Assembly (NCBI GenBank): GCA_009837815.1
Contig: VXSV01000047.1
Coordinates: 1 to 48,867 of the forward strand
Length of the DNA: 48,867 nt
Reading direction: 5' to 3'
Source: Acidimicrobiia bacterium
GTDB lineage: Bacteria > Actinomycetota > Acidimicrobiia > Spongiisociales > ZC4RG35
The position numbers and the translations under genes were made by a program. Position 1 is the first letter of the stretch; every line of letters begins with the position of its first letter. The notes under the pieces were generated by a model. That model ran no database searches, had not been told where the DNA came from, and was given only the letters and a program-made list of their open reading frames with translations. Shown here piece by piece: positions 39,537 through 48,867 of the stretch.

Positions 39537-41273
39537 CTAGCGGATGACCGCCACCACCGCTCCGGTGGCGACCGAGTCTCCGGGTTCTATGCGGAGTTCC
39601 ACCACGTTGCCCTCCCGTCCGGCGGAAACCGCGTTCTCCATCTTCATGGCCTCCAGGACGCAGATGGTGTCGTCGGCGTCCACCTGGTCTCCCACTTTGA
39701 CGTTCACCTTCACGATGGTGCCCTGCATGGGAGCGGTGACCGCCCCGTCGGATGCGACGGCCGGTCCCTTGCCGGGTTTGGGAGGGCGGCGGCGGACCTT
39801 GGCCGCCCGATCCTCCTGTCCGACGTCCGGCTCCCAGTAGGAGACCACGAAACGGCGCCCGCTGATCTCCACCGTCATGTCCTGGCGGACCACCCCTTCC
39901 TCTTCGGGAAGGGACTCGGCAACCTCCGGGTCGGTCCGAGAGAGGTCGACCTCGCTCTCCAGCCAGGCGGTGTGATGGCGGGCGGAGATGAAGTCGGGGT
40001 GGTCCAGCACCGCCTTGTGCACCGGAATGGTGGTGGGAACGCCGGTGATCTCGAACTCTTCCAGGGCCCGTTGCGCCCGGCTGATCGCCTGGGTGCGGGT
40101 GGGCGCCCACACCACCAGCTTGGCCAGCAGGTTGTCATAGAAGCGCGGGATGGTGACGCCGGCCCTCACCCAGCCGTCCACCCGCACCCCCGGGCCGGCC
40201 GGCTCACGGTAGCTGACGATCCTCCCCGGGGTGGGCGCGTAGTTGCGATAGGGGTCCTCGGCGTTGATCCGCATCTCGATGGCGTGGCCGTCCGCTCGCG
40301 TTCCTATGGCAGAGGTCGGGCTTCCGGCCGCGATGCGCAGTTGTTCTCGCACCAGGTCCACGCCGGTGACCATCTCGGTGACGGTGTGCTCCACCTGCAG
40401 CCGCGTATTCATCTCCAGGAAATAGAAGGACCCCTCCGAGTCGACCAGGAACTCCACCGTTCCGGCGCTGCGATACTCGCACGCCCGGGCGATTCTCAGA
40501 GCGGCCTCGCCCAGTTCCCGGCTCTGGGAGAGATTCAGGATCACCGACGGGGCCTCCTCGACCAGCTTCTGGTGTCTCCGCTGGACCGAGCAGTCCCGCT
40601 CACCCAGATATACGAAGTTGTGATGGCTGTCCACCAGGATCTGGGCCTCGATGTGGTGGACGTCGGTCAGCTTCTTCTCCACATACACCTCGGGACTGCC
40701 GAAGAAGGCGTCGGCCTCTCGCTGGGCCGACGCCAGGGCCTCCTCGATCTCGGAGGGATCCTCCACCGTGCGCATGCCGCGTCCCCCGCCTGCCCGGGAG
40801 GCCTTGATCAACACCGGGTAGCCCAGGCGGTCGGCCACCGCTTTGATCTCGGCGGGATCCTCCAGGGGGGATTCGGTACCCGGCACCACCGCCACTCCCG
40901 CCTGGGTGGCTATCCGCCGGGAGGCCACCTTGTCGCCCATGGCGGCGATGGCCCCGGGAGGGGGGCCGACCCAGATCAGGCCCGCGTCGGTGACCGCCTG
41001 GGCGAAGTCGGCGTTCTCGGAGAGAAATCCGTACCCCGGGTGAACGGCTTCGGCGCCCGTTTCGGCGGCCACCCCCAGGATTCGCTCCATGTTCAGGTAT
41101 GACTCTCCGGCGGGGGCGGGTCCGATGTTCCATGCCTGGTCGGCCAGCTGGGTGTGATAGGCGTCCCGGTCGGGCTCGGAGTAGACCGCAACGGTGCCCA
41201 ATCCCGCCTCGCGGGCCGTGCGAATTATCCTGACCGCAATCTCGCCGCGGTTGGCCACCAGAACCGACTTCAC
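39537..41273 (-). CDS. Acyl-CoA carboxylase alpha chain (biotin carboxylase plus BCCP)
   Basis: ANRGEIA, HPGYGFLSEN and EMNTRLQVEH motifs; EAMKM biotinylation site. Confidence 0.96.
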   Translation of the reverse strand: MKSVLVANRGEIAVRIIRTAREAGLGTVAVYSEPDRDAYHTQLADQAWNIGPAPAGESYLNMERILGVAAETGAEAVHPGYGFLSENADFAQAVTDAGLIWVGPPPGAIAAMGDKVASRRIATQAGVAVVPGTESPLEDPAEIKAVADRLGYPVLIKASRAGGGRGMRTVEDPSEIEEALASAQREADAFFGSPEVYVEKKLTDVHHIEAQILVDSHHNFVYLGERDCSVQRRHQKLVEEAPSVILNLSQSRELGEAALRIARACEYRSAGTVEFLVDSEGSFYFLEMNTRLQVEHTVTEMVTGVDLVREQLRIAAGSPTSAIGTRADGHAIEMRINAEDPYRNYAPTPGRIVSYREPAGPGVRVDGWVRAGVTIPRFYDNLLAKLVVWAPTRTQAISRAQRALEEFEITGVPTTIPVHKAVLDHPDFISARHHTAWLESEVDLSRTDPEVAESLPEEEGVVRQDMTVEISGRRFVVSYWEPDVGQEDRAAKVRRRPPKPGKGPAVASDGAVTAPMQGTIVKVNVKVGDQVDADDTICVLEAMKMENAVSAGREGNVVELRIEPGDSVATGAVVAVIR

Positions 41274-42817
41274 AGCGGGATGTTCCCGTGTTTCTTGCTG
41301 GGCAGGCTCTCGCGTTTGGTTCGGAGCATCTCCAGGGCCGAGATGAGATGCGCCCGGGTCTCACGCGGTTCGATCACCGCGTCCACCAGGCCGAGTTCGG
41401 CGGCCTTGTAGGGGTTGTTGAACTCTTCCTCGTATTCCGCCACCAACTCGTCCCGGCGCTGCTCGGGGTCGTCCGCGGCGGCGATCTCCCGCCGGAAGAT
41501 CACGTTCACGGCGCCCGATGCGCCCATCACCGCGATCTCGGCGGAAGGCCAGGCAAAGACGGTGTCGGCCCGGATCCCGCGGGCGTTCATCACCAGGTAG
41601 GCGCCCCCGTAGGCCTTGCGGGTGATCACCGACACCCGGGGGACGGTGGCCTCGCAGTAGGCGTAGAGCAGCTTGGCGCCGTGGCGAATGATCCCGCCGT
41701 GCTCCTGGTCGACACCCGGGAGAAAGCCGGGAACGTCCACGAAGGTGACCAGGGGAATGTTGAAGGCGTCGCAGAAGCGGACGAACCTCGCCCCCTTCTC
41801 GGCGGCGTCGATGTCGAGGGTGCCGGCCAGCACGGACGGCTGGTTGGCGACCACGCCCACGGTGTGACCGTCCAGGCGGCCCAGCCCCACCAGCAGGTTG
41901 CGGGCCCAGTGCTCGTGCACCTGGAAGAAGTCACCGTCGTCGAGGACCGTCTCGATCAGGGTGGTCATGTCGTAGGGCCGGCTGGAGGAGTCGGGGATGA
42001 TATGGTCCAGCAGGTCGTCGGTGCGAGTGGGAGAGTCGGTGGGGGTGAAGTAGGTGGGGAGTTCCAGGTTGTTCTGGGGCAGGAACGAGAGCAGGTACCG
42101 GACGCCGTCGAGAGCCGCCACGTCCTCGGCGAACACGAAGTGCACCACCCCCGACGTGGAGGCATGCACTATTGCCCCTCCCAGTTCCTCGAAGGTGACT
42201 TCCTCCCCGGTGACCGCTTTGATCACGTCGGGCCCGGTGATGAACAGGTGGCTGGTCTCGGTCACCTGGATCACGAAGTCGGTGAGGGCGGGGGAGTACA
42301 CGGCGCCGCCCGCGCACGGGCCCATGATCACCGAGATCTGGGGGATCACCCCCGAGGCGCGCACGTTGCGCTCGAAGATCCTCCCGTAGCCGTCCAGGGC
42401 CCCCACCCCCTCCTGGATGCGGGCCCCTCCGGAGTCCTTGAGGCCGATCAGGGGGGCTCCGGCTCGCATCGCCATGTCCATGATCTTGCAGATCTTGTCC
42501 GCCACCGCCCGGCCGAGGCTTCCCCCGAAGGTGGTGAAATCCTCGGCGAACACGAACACGGTCCGCCCGTCGATCTTCCCCCAGCCGGTCACCACCGCGT
42601 CGCCGTACGGACGGCGGTTCTCCACCCCGAAACCACGCGCCGAGTGCCGGACGAAGGAGTCCACCTCACAAAACGTGTCCTGGTCCAGCAGGTGGGCGAT
42701 ACGCTCGCGAGCGGTCAGCTTGCCGCGTTCGTGCTGGCGGTCGACGGCTCTCCGGTCGAGCGCTCTCGCCTGGCGTCGCATCTTTCGCAAGTGTTCGATT
42801 CGCTGTTCGGTTCCCAT
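41270..42817 (-). CDS. Acyl-CoA (propionyl-CoA-type) carboxylase beta chain
   Basis: GKLTARERI, DSGGARIQEG, DVPGFLPG and KKHGNIPL motifs; ATG 42817. Confidence 0.96.
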   Translation of the reverse strand: MGTEQRIEHLRKMRRQARALDRRAVDRQHERGKLTARERIAHLLDQDTFCEVDSFVRHSARGFGVENRRPYGDAVVTGWGKIDGRTVFVFAEDFTTFGGSLGRAVADKICKIMDMAMRAGAPLIGLKDSGGARIQEGVGALDGYGRIFERNVRASGVIPQISVIMGPCAGGAVYSPALTDFVIQVTETSHLFITGPDVIKAVTGEEVTFEELGGAIVHASTSGVVHFVFAEDVAALDGVRYLLSFLPQNNLELPTYFTPTDSPTRTDDLLDHIIPDSSSRPYDMTTLIETVLDDGDFFQVHEHWARNLLVGLGRLDGHTVGVVANQPSVLAGTLDIDAAEKGARFVRFCDAFNIPLVTFVDVPGFLPGVDQEHGGIIRHGAKLLYAYCEATVPRVSVITRKAYGGAYLVMNARGIRADTVFAWPSAEIAVMGASGAVNVIFRREIAAADDPEQRRDELVAEYEEEFNNPYKAAELGLVDAVIEPRETRAHLISALEMLRTKRESLPSKKHGNIPL

Positions 42818-42851
42818 CCCGGTTGCACCTCTTCGATAGGCTCTGTGATAC

Positions 42852-43562
42852 TTGGACTTGGGGAACGGCTCTTTGGCTACACCGTATTCTGTGATCCGAC
42901 TGTCTGTCACGGGTTCCACACAGGACGACGCCAGCCGAGCTTATCGGGGAAGACCCGTGGTGGTTATATCGGACCGCCAGGAATATGGTAGGGGAAGAAG
43001 GGACCGGACCTGGATCACCGCGGCCGGAGCCGTTGCCGTCTCGGTTGCCTGCGAACCGCGGTGGCCTGTGGATCGCTGGGGATTGCTGTCGCTCCTGGCG
43101 GGCCTGCAGGCGGCCCGAACGCTGGGTGGGGAAGTCTCCCTGAAATGGCCCAATGACCTGCTGGTGGGGGACGAGAAAGTGGGTGGAGTGCTGGTGGAAG
43201 CCGCCGGTGGAGTGGCCGTGGCGGGATGCGGGATCAACCTGTGGTGGCCCGATTCTCCCCGGGGGATGACCGGCTTGGACGACCATCCCCCTTCGGCTTC
43301 CCGGCGTGACGAGATCGCCAACGCCTGGGCGGAAGGGTTTCTGGAAGCCGCCCTCGATCCGGGCGGCGGAGGGTTCTCACTCGACGACTACCGCAGTCGA
43401 TGCGTGACGCTGGGCCAGTGGGTCACCTGGGGAACGCAAAGCGCGGGACGGGCGGTCGGCATAAGTTCCGGAGGGGAATTGGTGGTCGAGACCGCCGCCG
43501 GCCGCAGGCGCCTGCGGTCAGAAGAGGTTTCCCACATCCGGGGCGCACCCGGGGAGGACTAG
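42852..43562 (+). CDS. birA: Biotin--protein ligase (no HTH)
   Basis: GSTQ, GRGRRDRTW, KWPND, KVGGVL and GCGIN motifs; divergent from the carboxylase genes. Confidence 0.92.
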   Translation: MDLGNGSLATPYSVIRLSVTGSTQDDASRAYRGRPVVVISDRQEYGRGRRDRTWITAAGAVAVSVACEPRWPVDRWGLLSLLAGLQAARTLGGEVSLKWPNDLLVGDEKVGGVLVEAAGGVAVAGCGINLWWPDSPRGMTGLDDHPPSASRRDEIANAWAEGFLEAALDPGGGGFSLDDYRSRCVTLGQWVTWGTQSAGRAVGISSGGELVVETAAGRRRLRSEEVSHIRGAPGED

Positions 43563-44290
43563 CCCAGGTCCAGGGTCTGGGGCGCCGGGAGATGGGAGGC
43601 GAAGAACCCGGCGAGGCGCTCCATGGCGTCCATGGCGGCGCCCTCGTTGTAGTTCGGATGGTTCTCGTCGACGAATCCGTGTCCGACTCCCTCGTACAGC
43701 AGCCAGGCGCCGGCGGGGTTGCGGTCCTGGGCGTTGTCGACCGTGCCGGGTTCGATCAGGTCGTCGTCGGCGGCGTAGATGCCCAGCACCTCTGGGCCCA
43801 GCCGCTCCAGCTGCTCAGTCGTCGGGTAGCGTCGTTGCTCGTCGCCGGTCAACGGCCCGTACAGCACCGCCGCCGGGCCGACCCAGCTTCGCAGGGCGCC
43901 GGCCAGGATGGCCAACCGCCCCCCCGACCCGATTCCTAGAACTCCCACCCGGTCGCCGAGCGCCCAGTCGAGGTCATGGTCGTTGAGGAAGCGGTGCGTC
44001 TCGTCGAGCTGGGCCAGCAGGTCGACGTCACCCATCCGGTGGTGGGCGCCGTTGGATGAGCCGGGTTCGAGACCGAGCGCCAGGGACACCATTCCCCGCC
44101 GGGCCAGGAACCGGCACACGCTCTTGACATGTGAGGAGACATCGCCGGGGCCGCTGGTGATCAGCACCACGGGAAACCGGCCCACCGCGTCGGGCCGGGC
44201 CATGTAGTCCGAGCGGTAGGAACTCCCGGCCGGCGTGGAGTAGGTACCGTACATCACCGAGTGGGTTCCCTCGTGGGGAAGTACCGCCAA
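43559..44290 (-). CDS. Dienelactone hydrolase-like alpha/beta hydrolase
   Basis: YMARP..FPVVLI, GVLGIGSGG, YEGVGHGF and AAMDAMER..FF patterns. Start uncertain. Confidence 0.8.
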   Translation of the reverse strand: MAVLPHEGTHSVMYGTYSTPAGSSYRSDYMARPDAVGRFPVVLITSGPGDVSSHVKSVCRFLARRGMVSLALGLEPGSSNGAHHRMGDVDLLAQLDETHRFLNDHDLDWALGDRVGVLGIGSGGRLAILAGALRSWVGPAAVLYGPLTGDEQRRYPTTEQLERLGPEVLGIYAADDDLIEPGTVDNAQDRNPAGAWLLYEGVGHGFVDENHPNYNEGAAMDAMERLAGFFASHLPAPQTLDLG

Positions 44291-44372
44291 AAGCTGACCC
44301 TCCTGGGTTTGGTGTTGCCTACCCAGACAGGGTAGCGGCCCGCCGGTCGGCTATCTTCAACGGGATCATCGA

Positions 44373-45299
44373 GTGTCTGAGAGTTTCGGAACGGAGCGGG
44401 CCGTGACCCGCCGGGCGGTGGTCACCGGCGGCGCGGGTTTCATCGGCTCCCACCTCTGCGAGGCCCTGGCGGACGCCGGGTGGAAGGTGGTCTCTCTCGA
44501 CGACTGCTCCACCGGTTCCCCGGCCAATCTGGAACGGGCCCGCTCGCAGGGAGTCCAGACCCTCGAGGTGGACATAACCGCCCCGGAACTGGCGGCGGCC
44601 ATGTCGGAAGCCCGACCGCAGGTGGTGTTCCATCTGGCGGCGGTGTCGTCGGTGACGGCCTGTGCCCGGGACCCGGAACGATGCCTGGCGGTGAACTTGG
44701 AGGGGACCGCCCGGGTGTGGGAGGCTGCGAGTCGATGTGGGGCGGACGCCATGGTGAACGTCTCGTCCCTGGCTGTCCACGGGGCCTCGGATGACGCCTA
44801 TGGGCGGAGCAAGCGGGCCGCCGAGACGTTCCTGACCCGGCGGGCGCCCTCGGAAAGGATGCGTCTGGTCACCCTGCGTCCCGCCAATGTCTACGGACCT
44901 CGCCAGCACGGGGACGGGGAGTCGGCGGTGGTGGCCACCTGGCTGGGGGCGATGGCGCGGGGAGAGCCGCTGTTCCTGGACGGCGACGGACGCCAAACCA
45001 GGGACTTCCTCTACGTGGACGACGCCGTGGCGGCGATGGTCCTGGCCGCCGACCAGGCCCACGGCCACACCCTGGAACTGGGTAGAGGCGTGGAGACCTC
45101 CCTCGGGTCGCTTCTGCAGACGATGAGCCAAAAGACAGGATGGCGGGGCCGACCCTCCCGACGCCCGGCGCGGCCGGGAGACATCAGGCGGTCGGTGGTT
45201 GACCCCCGTCCCGCCATCGACCTGCTCGGCTGGGAACCCCAAACCGGGTTGGATGAAGGCCTTCGCCTCACCTGGGAGTGGTTAACCGGCGGCGTTTGA
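44373..45299 (+). CDS. NAD-dependent epimerase/dehydratase (GalE-like extended SDR)
   Basis: TGGAGFIGSH, HLAA, YGRSK, NVYGPRQ and GDGRQTRDF motifs. Start may be GTG 44403. Confidence 0.92.
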   Translation: MSESFGTERAVTRRAVVTGGAGFIGSHLCEALADAGWKVVSLDDCSTGSPANLERARSQGVQTLEVDITAPELAAAMSEARPQVVFHLAAVSSVTACARDPERCLAVNLEGTARVWEAASRCGADAMVNVSSLAVHGASDDAYGRSKRAAETFLTRRAPSERMRLVTLRPANVYGPRQHGDGESAVVATWLGAMARGEPLFLDGDGRQTRDFLYVDDAVAAMVLAADQAHGHTLELGRGVETSLGSLLQTMSQKTGWRGRPSRRPARPGDIRRSVVDPRPAIDLLGWEPQTGLDEGLRLTWEWLTGGV

Positions 45300-45310
45300 C
45301 GTCTGACGCC

Positions 45311-46015
45311 TCAACGGAACAGGTCTTCGGGAGCGGGCCGTATCAGCTCGGTGGCCGAGCCGTCGCCTGCCGGGAGCGACAGCCCTCGCACGATCGCCAC
45401 CGGGACGCCGCCGACCTTTCCCTTGGCCAGATCGGCCGCGGCGGCGATCTCGTCGGCCACCGCCACTTCGGTCACCTCCAACATCCGATCATGATCATCG
45501 GGGACGCCTCTCAGGTCGCTAATGGGCTTGAATCCCGCCACCCCGATCGCCACATCGGTCAGGCCGCGTCGGAAAGGGCGGCCGAAGGTGTCGGTGATCA
45601 CCACCGCCACCTCCACCCCGAACCGCTGGACGAGGCGGGAGCGGATCCTCCGGGCGGAACGGTCCGGGTCGACGGGGAGCAGCACGGCTCGGCCGGGACC
45701 CACGTTGGAGCGGTCCACCCCGGCGTTTGCGCAGATGAACCCATGCCGGGTCTCGCTGATGACCAGGTCCCCCCGCCGGCGGAGGACGCCCGCCGACTCC
45801 GATTCCACCAGGCGGCGATGGCTGTGGGGGCCGTCGTCCTCCAACTCCACCATTCTGCCCTCGGCCTTGGACACCACCTTGTGGGTCACCACCACCACGT
45901 CCCCCGCCCGCAGGCCCAGGCCCGATTCGGTCAAGCGTTCCCCGATCAGGAGGGCCAGGTCGTCTCCCTCCGAAATCTCCGGAATCCCCCTTACCGGGTG
46001 GATGCTTATCGTCAC
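45311..46015 (-). CDS. cofE: Coenzyme F420-0:L-glutamate ligase
   Basis: KVVSKAEGR, CANAGVDRSN, DTFGRPFRRG and ADEIAAAA motifs; GTG 46015 overlaps the cofD stop. Confidence 0.94.
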   Translation of the reverse strand: MTISIHPVRGIPEISEGDDLALLIGERLTESGLGLRAGDVVVVTHKVVSKAEGRMVELEDDGPHSHRRLVESESAGVLRRRGDLVISETRHGFICANAGVDRSNVGPGRAVLLPVDPDRSARRIRSRLVQRFGVEVAVVITDTFGRPFRRGLTDVAIGVAGFKPISDLRGVPDDHDRMLEVTEVAVADEIAAAADLAKGKVGGVPVAIVRGLSLPAGDGSATELIRPAPEDLFR

Positions 46016-46950
46016 AGCGCCGCCATGATCTCGGCGGCCAGCCGCGCGGCTGCGGCCGGGTCGGCTATTCGAGTGTCGGTCGCCCATGCCCCGAGGCCCA
46101 TGTCGGAGAGGAACCCCACGTCGTCTGCGTCTCCGATGTCCACCACCAGACCCGAGAGCAGACCCCGGTAGGCCTCGGCCACGCCCCGGTTTCCGGGCGG
46201 CAGGCCCAGGCTGTCCATCACATCGGCGGCCGGGCCTTTCAGGGCTTTGCCGCCGAACAGCGGACTGACCGCGATCACCGCGTCGGCGGCCTCCAGGGCG
46301 GAGCGGATGCCGGGAACCGCCAGGATCGGCCAGATCGAGAGGGGAGGGTTGGATGGGGCGATGATCACCGCCCGGGCTGTGCCGATCGCCTCGATCACTC
46401 CCGGCGCGGGCCGGGCCGCCTCCGCCCCGTCGAATCGGACCCGGGTAATCCGGTCCCGGTGTTGTCTGCGCACGAAATAGTCCTGGAAGTCCAGCCACTC
46501 TCCTCCGACGGTCTGCAGCTTGGTGCGGACCGGCTGATCGGTGGCCGGCAGCAGCCTTGCACCCAGTTCGAAGGCGGCAGCGATCTCCCCGGTGACGACG
46601 CTCAGCGGCTTTCCCTCCCTGATTCGCATGGTCCGAAAAAGGTTGGTCGCCAGGTCTGCGTCGCCCAATCGGAATGTGGCGTCGACCTCGAACTTGGACA
46701 ACGACTCCATGACCTGCCAGGTTTCGTCGGCCATACCCCAGCCCTGTGGCCCCTCCTCCCCGGCGAGGGTGTAGACCACCGTGTCCAGGTCGGGGGCGAC
46801 GTACACCCCATACACCCAGTCGTCGTCGCCGACGTTGACCACCACCGTCGTGTCCCAGCGCTCCAGCCGGGAAAACCCCCGCGCCAGTCGCGCTCCTCCC
46901 ACCCCTCCGGAAAGGAGCAGCACTCCGGGCTTTTTGTCAAGGGTTCCCAT
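46012..46950 (-). CDS. cofD: 2-phospho-L-lactate transferase
   Basis: LSGGVGGA, NVGDD, PDLDTVVYTLAG, FQDYFVR, PSNP and GPAA motifs. Confidence 0.95.
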   Translation of the reverse strand: MGTLDKKPGVLLLSGGVGGARLARGFSRLERWDTTVVVNVGDDDWVYGVYVAPDLDTVVYTLAGEEGPQGWGMADETWQVMESLSKFEVDATFRLGDADLATNLFRTMRIREGKPLSVVTGEIAAAFELGARLLPATDQPVRTKLQTVGGEWLDFQDYFVRRQHRDRITRVRFDGAEAARPAPGVIEAIGTARAVIIAPSNPPLSIWPILAVPGIRSALEAADAVIAVSPLFGGKALKGPAADVMDSLGLPPGNRGVAEAYRGLLSGLVVDIGDADDVGFLSDMGLGAWATDTRIADPAAAARLAAEIMAAL

Positions 46951-46984
46951 GGGTGGTCCGTATTCCTAGCATTGGCGTTTGTTG

Positions 46985-48867
46985 ATGACGGGCACAGCCT
47001 CCTCTTCGGATCCCATCGTACGCCCAACCCGGACTCCCAGCATTGCGGTTGTGCTCATGGCCGACGGCGACCCTCTCAAGCCACCGGTTGACCGGGGGGC
47101 GGAAAAGGACTGGATCACCCGGCTAATAGTGGTGGGCGAAGACCCCGGCGCCAAACGGGAGGCGGAACGACTCGGGGCCCTCCACCGTGACACCCTGGAC
47201 GAGGTGGCGAGGGCTCTGCCCGCCGACGTCGAATACGTCTGGATACTGGCAGGCCGGGCACAGCCCGAGCCGGGGGCCCTGACCGCCCTGGTGAAGGTGG
47301 CGTTGGACCATCAGGTGGCGCTGGTGGGATCGAAGATCCTCTCCTCGGAGAACTCAGAGCACCTCCTGTCGGTGGGGAGCGCCACCGACCTGTTCGGAGT
47401 GAACTCCACCGGCTTGGACGACTCCGAACTCGACTTCGCCCAACACGACGTGGTCCGGGAGGTCTCAAACCTCTCCTCGGTCTCCCTCCTGATGCGTCGC
47501 CGGCTTCTGGCCGTCCTCGGCGGGTTCGACGAATCCCTCCCCCCCGTCTCGGCCGGTCTGGACCTTAGCCAGCGAGTGCGACTGGCCGGAGGGCGGGTGG
47601 TGGTGGCCCCCTCTTCGCGGGTCCGATACCCCTCTCGGCTGTTTCCCCGCTTTGCGGGCTGGAGAGAGCGGGCGGGGCGGATGCGAGCCATGTTCAAGGC
47701 CTACCGGGTGGTGACCCTGGCCTGGGCCGTTCCGCTGGATGTGCTGCTCAACCTCGGCGAGGGGCTGTTCAGTCTGGTTTTGGGAAGACCGGGGCGTCTG
47801 GCCGGTTTTCTGACCGCGGTGGGTTGGAACCTTTGGAGGTTCCCCTCGGCCGTCTCGGGCAGGCTGAAGGCACAGAAGTTCCGAGCGGTCGGCGACGAGG
47901 AACTATTCAGGTATCAGATGTCGGGTTCGGTGACCCTCCGGGAGATGGGATCCGAATTCGGACGCAGAGTCGGGGACTTCGGCCCCGAGGAGAAATCCTG
48001 GTCGGCGGTCCTTGCTTCCCGTCTCCGCAGGGGGGCGCCCCTGGCGGCCCTGGGATCTTTTCTCTATGTGGCGGCGGCTTCCCGCAACCTGTGGCTGGTC
48101 GGCCTACCTGCGGTCGGGTTCAGCTTGCCTCCCGGCGACGATCCGGCCGGGGTGCTCTCCGCCTACGCGGGGGGATGGAGCGACACCGGTTTGGGAACCC
48201 CCCTTCCTCCCCATCCCGCCGCCACGTTGGCGGCGTTCGCCGACTGGCTGACCCTGGGGTGGTCGGGCTCCCAGGTCCTGGTGACCGCGATCGCCCTCCT
48301 GGCCGGCCTGCTGGGATCGGCCCGGCTGTTTCGCAGCATGGGCGTTGCATCCGCAGGCTCTCACGCGGGGGCGGCCGTTTACCTGCTGGGGTCGGCCACC
48401 GCCTCGGTGCTTGCCCACGGCTACTGGCCGTTGGTGATCGCCCTGGGGGCTCTCCCCTGGTCGGTGTCGGCCACGGCGCGGCCCTGGCCCGACCGATGGA
48501 GGGCGCGGATCGGCGACCTGGCCGCGGTTTCCATGGCATGCGCGCTGCTGGCCGCCTCGGCGCCGGTGGCGGTGGCCGCACCGCCCGCAATAGTCCTGCT
48601 GGGCTGCGCGGCGGGCGTCGGCTGGTCATGGTGGTCGGTCCCCCGGGCGCTTTTGGGAGCGGCGGTGGGAACCTCGGCCGTGGCGGCCTATCTGTGGGCC
48701 TATGACCTGGACGTGTGGTCTTATGGTCCGTCGCCGGCCTGGGAGGCCGACTGGGTCTACTGGGGCGGGGTGGCTGTAGCCGGCCTGCTGGCCGTGGTTT
48801 TCGGTCGGGCCCGTTCGCGGGGGGCGACCGGGCTGGGCCTGGCTTTGAGCGGGGCGGGTCTGTGGGT
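46985..48867 (+). CDS. Membrane protein with a degenerate N-terminal GT2 glycosyltransferase-like domain (partial, runs off the right edge)
   Basis: Not in the ORF track. Manual translation from ATG 46985: ..YVWILAGRAQPEPGALTALV..VGSKI..LLSVG..ELDFAQHDVVREV..LGGFDESL, followed by apparently hydrophobic segments. Confidence 0.8.
   Translation, partial: MTGTASSSDPIVRPTRTPSIAVVLMADGDPLKPPVDRGAEKDWITRLIVVGEDPGAKREAERLGALHRDTLDEVARALPADVEYVWILAGRAQPEPGALTALVKVALDHQVALVGSKILSSENSEHLLSVGSATDLFGVNSTGLDDSELDFAQHDVVREVSNLSSVSLLMRRRLLAVLGGFDESLPPVSAGLDLSQRVRLAGGRVVVAPSSRVRYPSRLFPRFAGWRERAGRMRAMFKAYRVVTLAWAVPLDVLLNLGEGLFSLVLGRPGRLAGFLTAVGWNLWRFPSAVSGRLKAQKFRAVGDEELFRYQMSGSVTLREMGSEFGRRVGDFGPEEKSWSAVLASRLRRGAPLAALGSFLYVAAASRNLWLVGLPAVGFSLPPGDDPAGVLSAYAGGWSDTGLGTPLPPHPAATLAAFADWLTLGWSGSQVLVTAIALLAGLLGSARLFRSMGVASAGSHAGAAVYLLGSATASVLAHGYWPLVIALGALPWSVSATARPWPDRWRARIGDLAAVSMACALLAASAPVAVAAPPAIVLLGCAAGVGWSWWSVPRALLGAAVGTSAVAAYLWAYDLDVWSYGPSPAWEADWVYWGGVAVAGLLAVVFGRARSRGATGLGLALSGAGLW

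Noticed and set aside
47824-48705. 293-aa plus-strand ORF from the track
   Set aside because: It is an alternative frame of the GT2-like gene that starts at 46985 and leaves the window.

Overview
High-GC chromosomal window. Gene order and protein style suggest an actinobacterium, probably Acidimicrobiia (inference). It is mostly housekeeping: a minus-strand run rpmB, CSD-like, Lrp/AsnC, upp, ATL, deoB, deoA, punA, etfB, etfA; then recG, rsmD, coaD, a coiled-coil gene, DUF177, rpmF, plsX, rnc, mutM, smc; ftsY, cdd, glyA and a full F1Fo atp operon; a Liv-type ABC transporter; acyl-CoA carboxylase subunits with biotin ligase; cofD/cofE (F420); and a membrane GT2-like gene cut by the right edge. 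Three accessory elements stand out. (1) A lower-GC three-gene cassette (DUF488, DUF488, dual-OB-type protein) splits smc from ftsY and is a candidate nucleic-acid repair or conflict module. (2) An ECF sigma factor is fused to a catalytically dead ArsC/LMW-PTP domain. It is preceded by an anti-sigma-like single-pass membrane protein and an ECF-type promoter, and followed by a second sigma-70 factor. (3) A lower-GC pair of a small basic ORF and a frameshifted nucleotidyltransferase resembles a toxin-antitoxin locus. I saw no rRNA, tRNA, CRISPR array, integrase or transposase. All family calls are motif recognition by eye; no searches were run.
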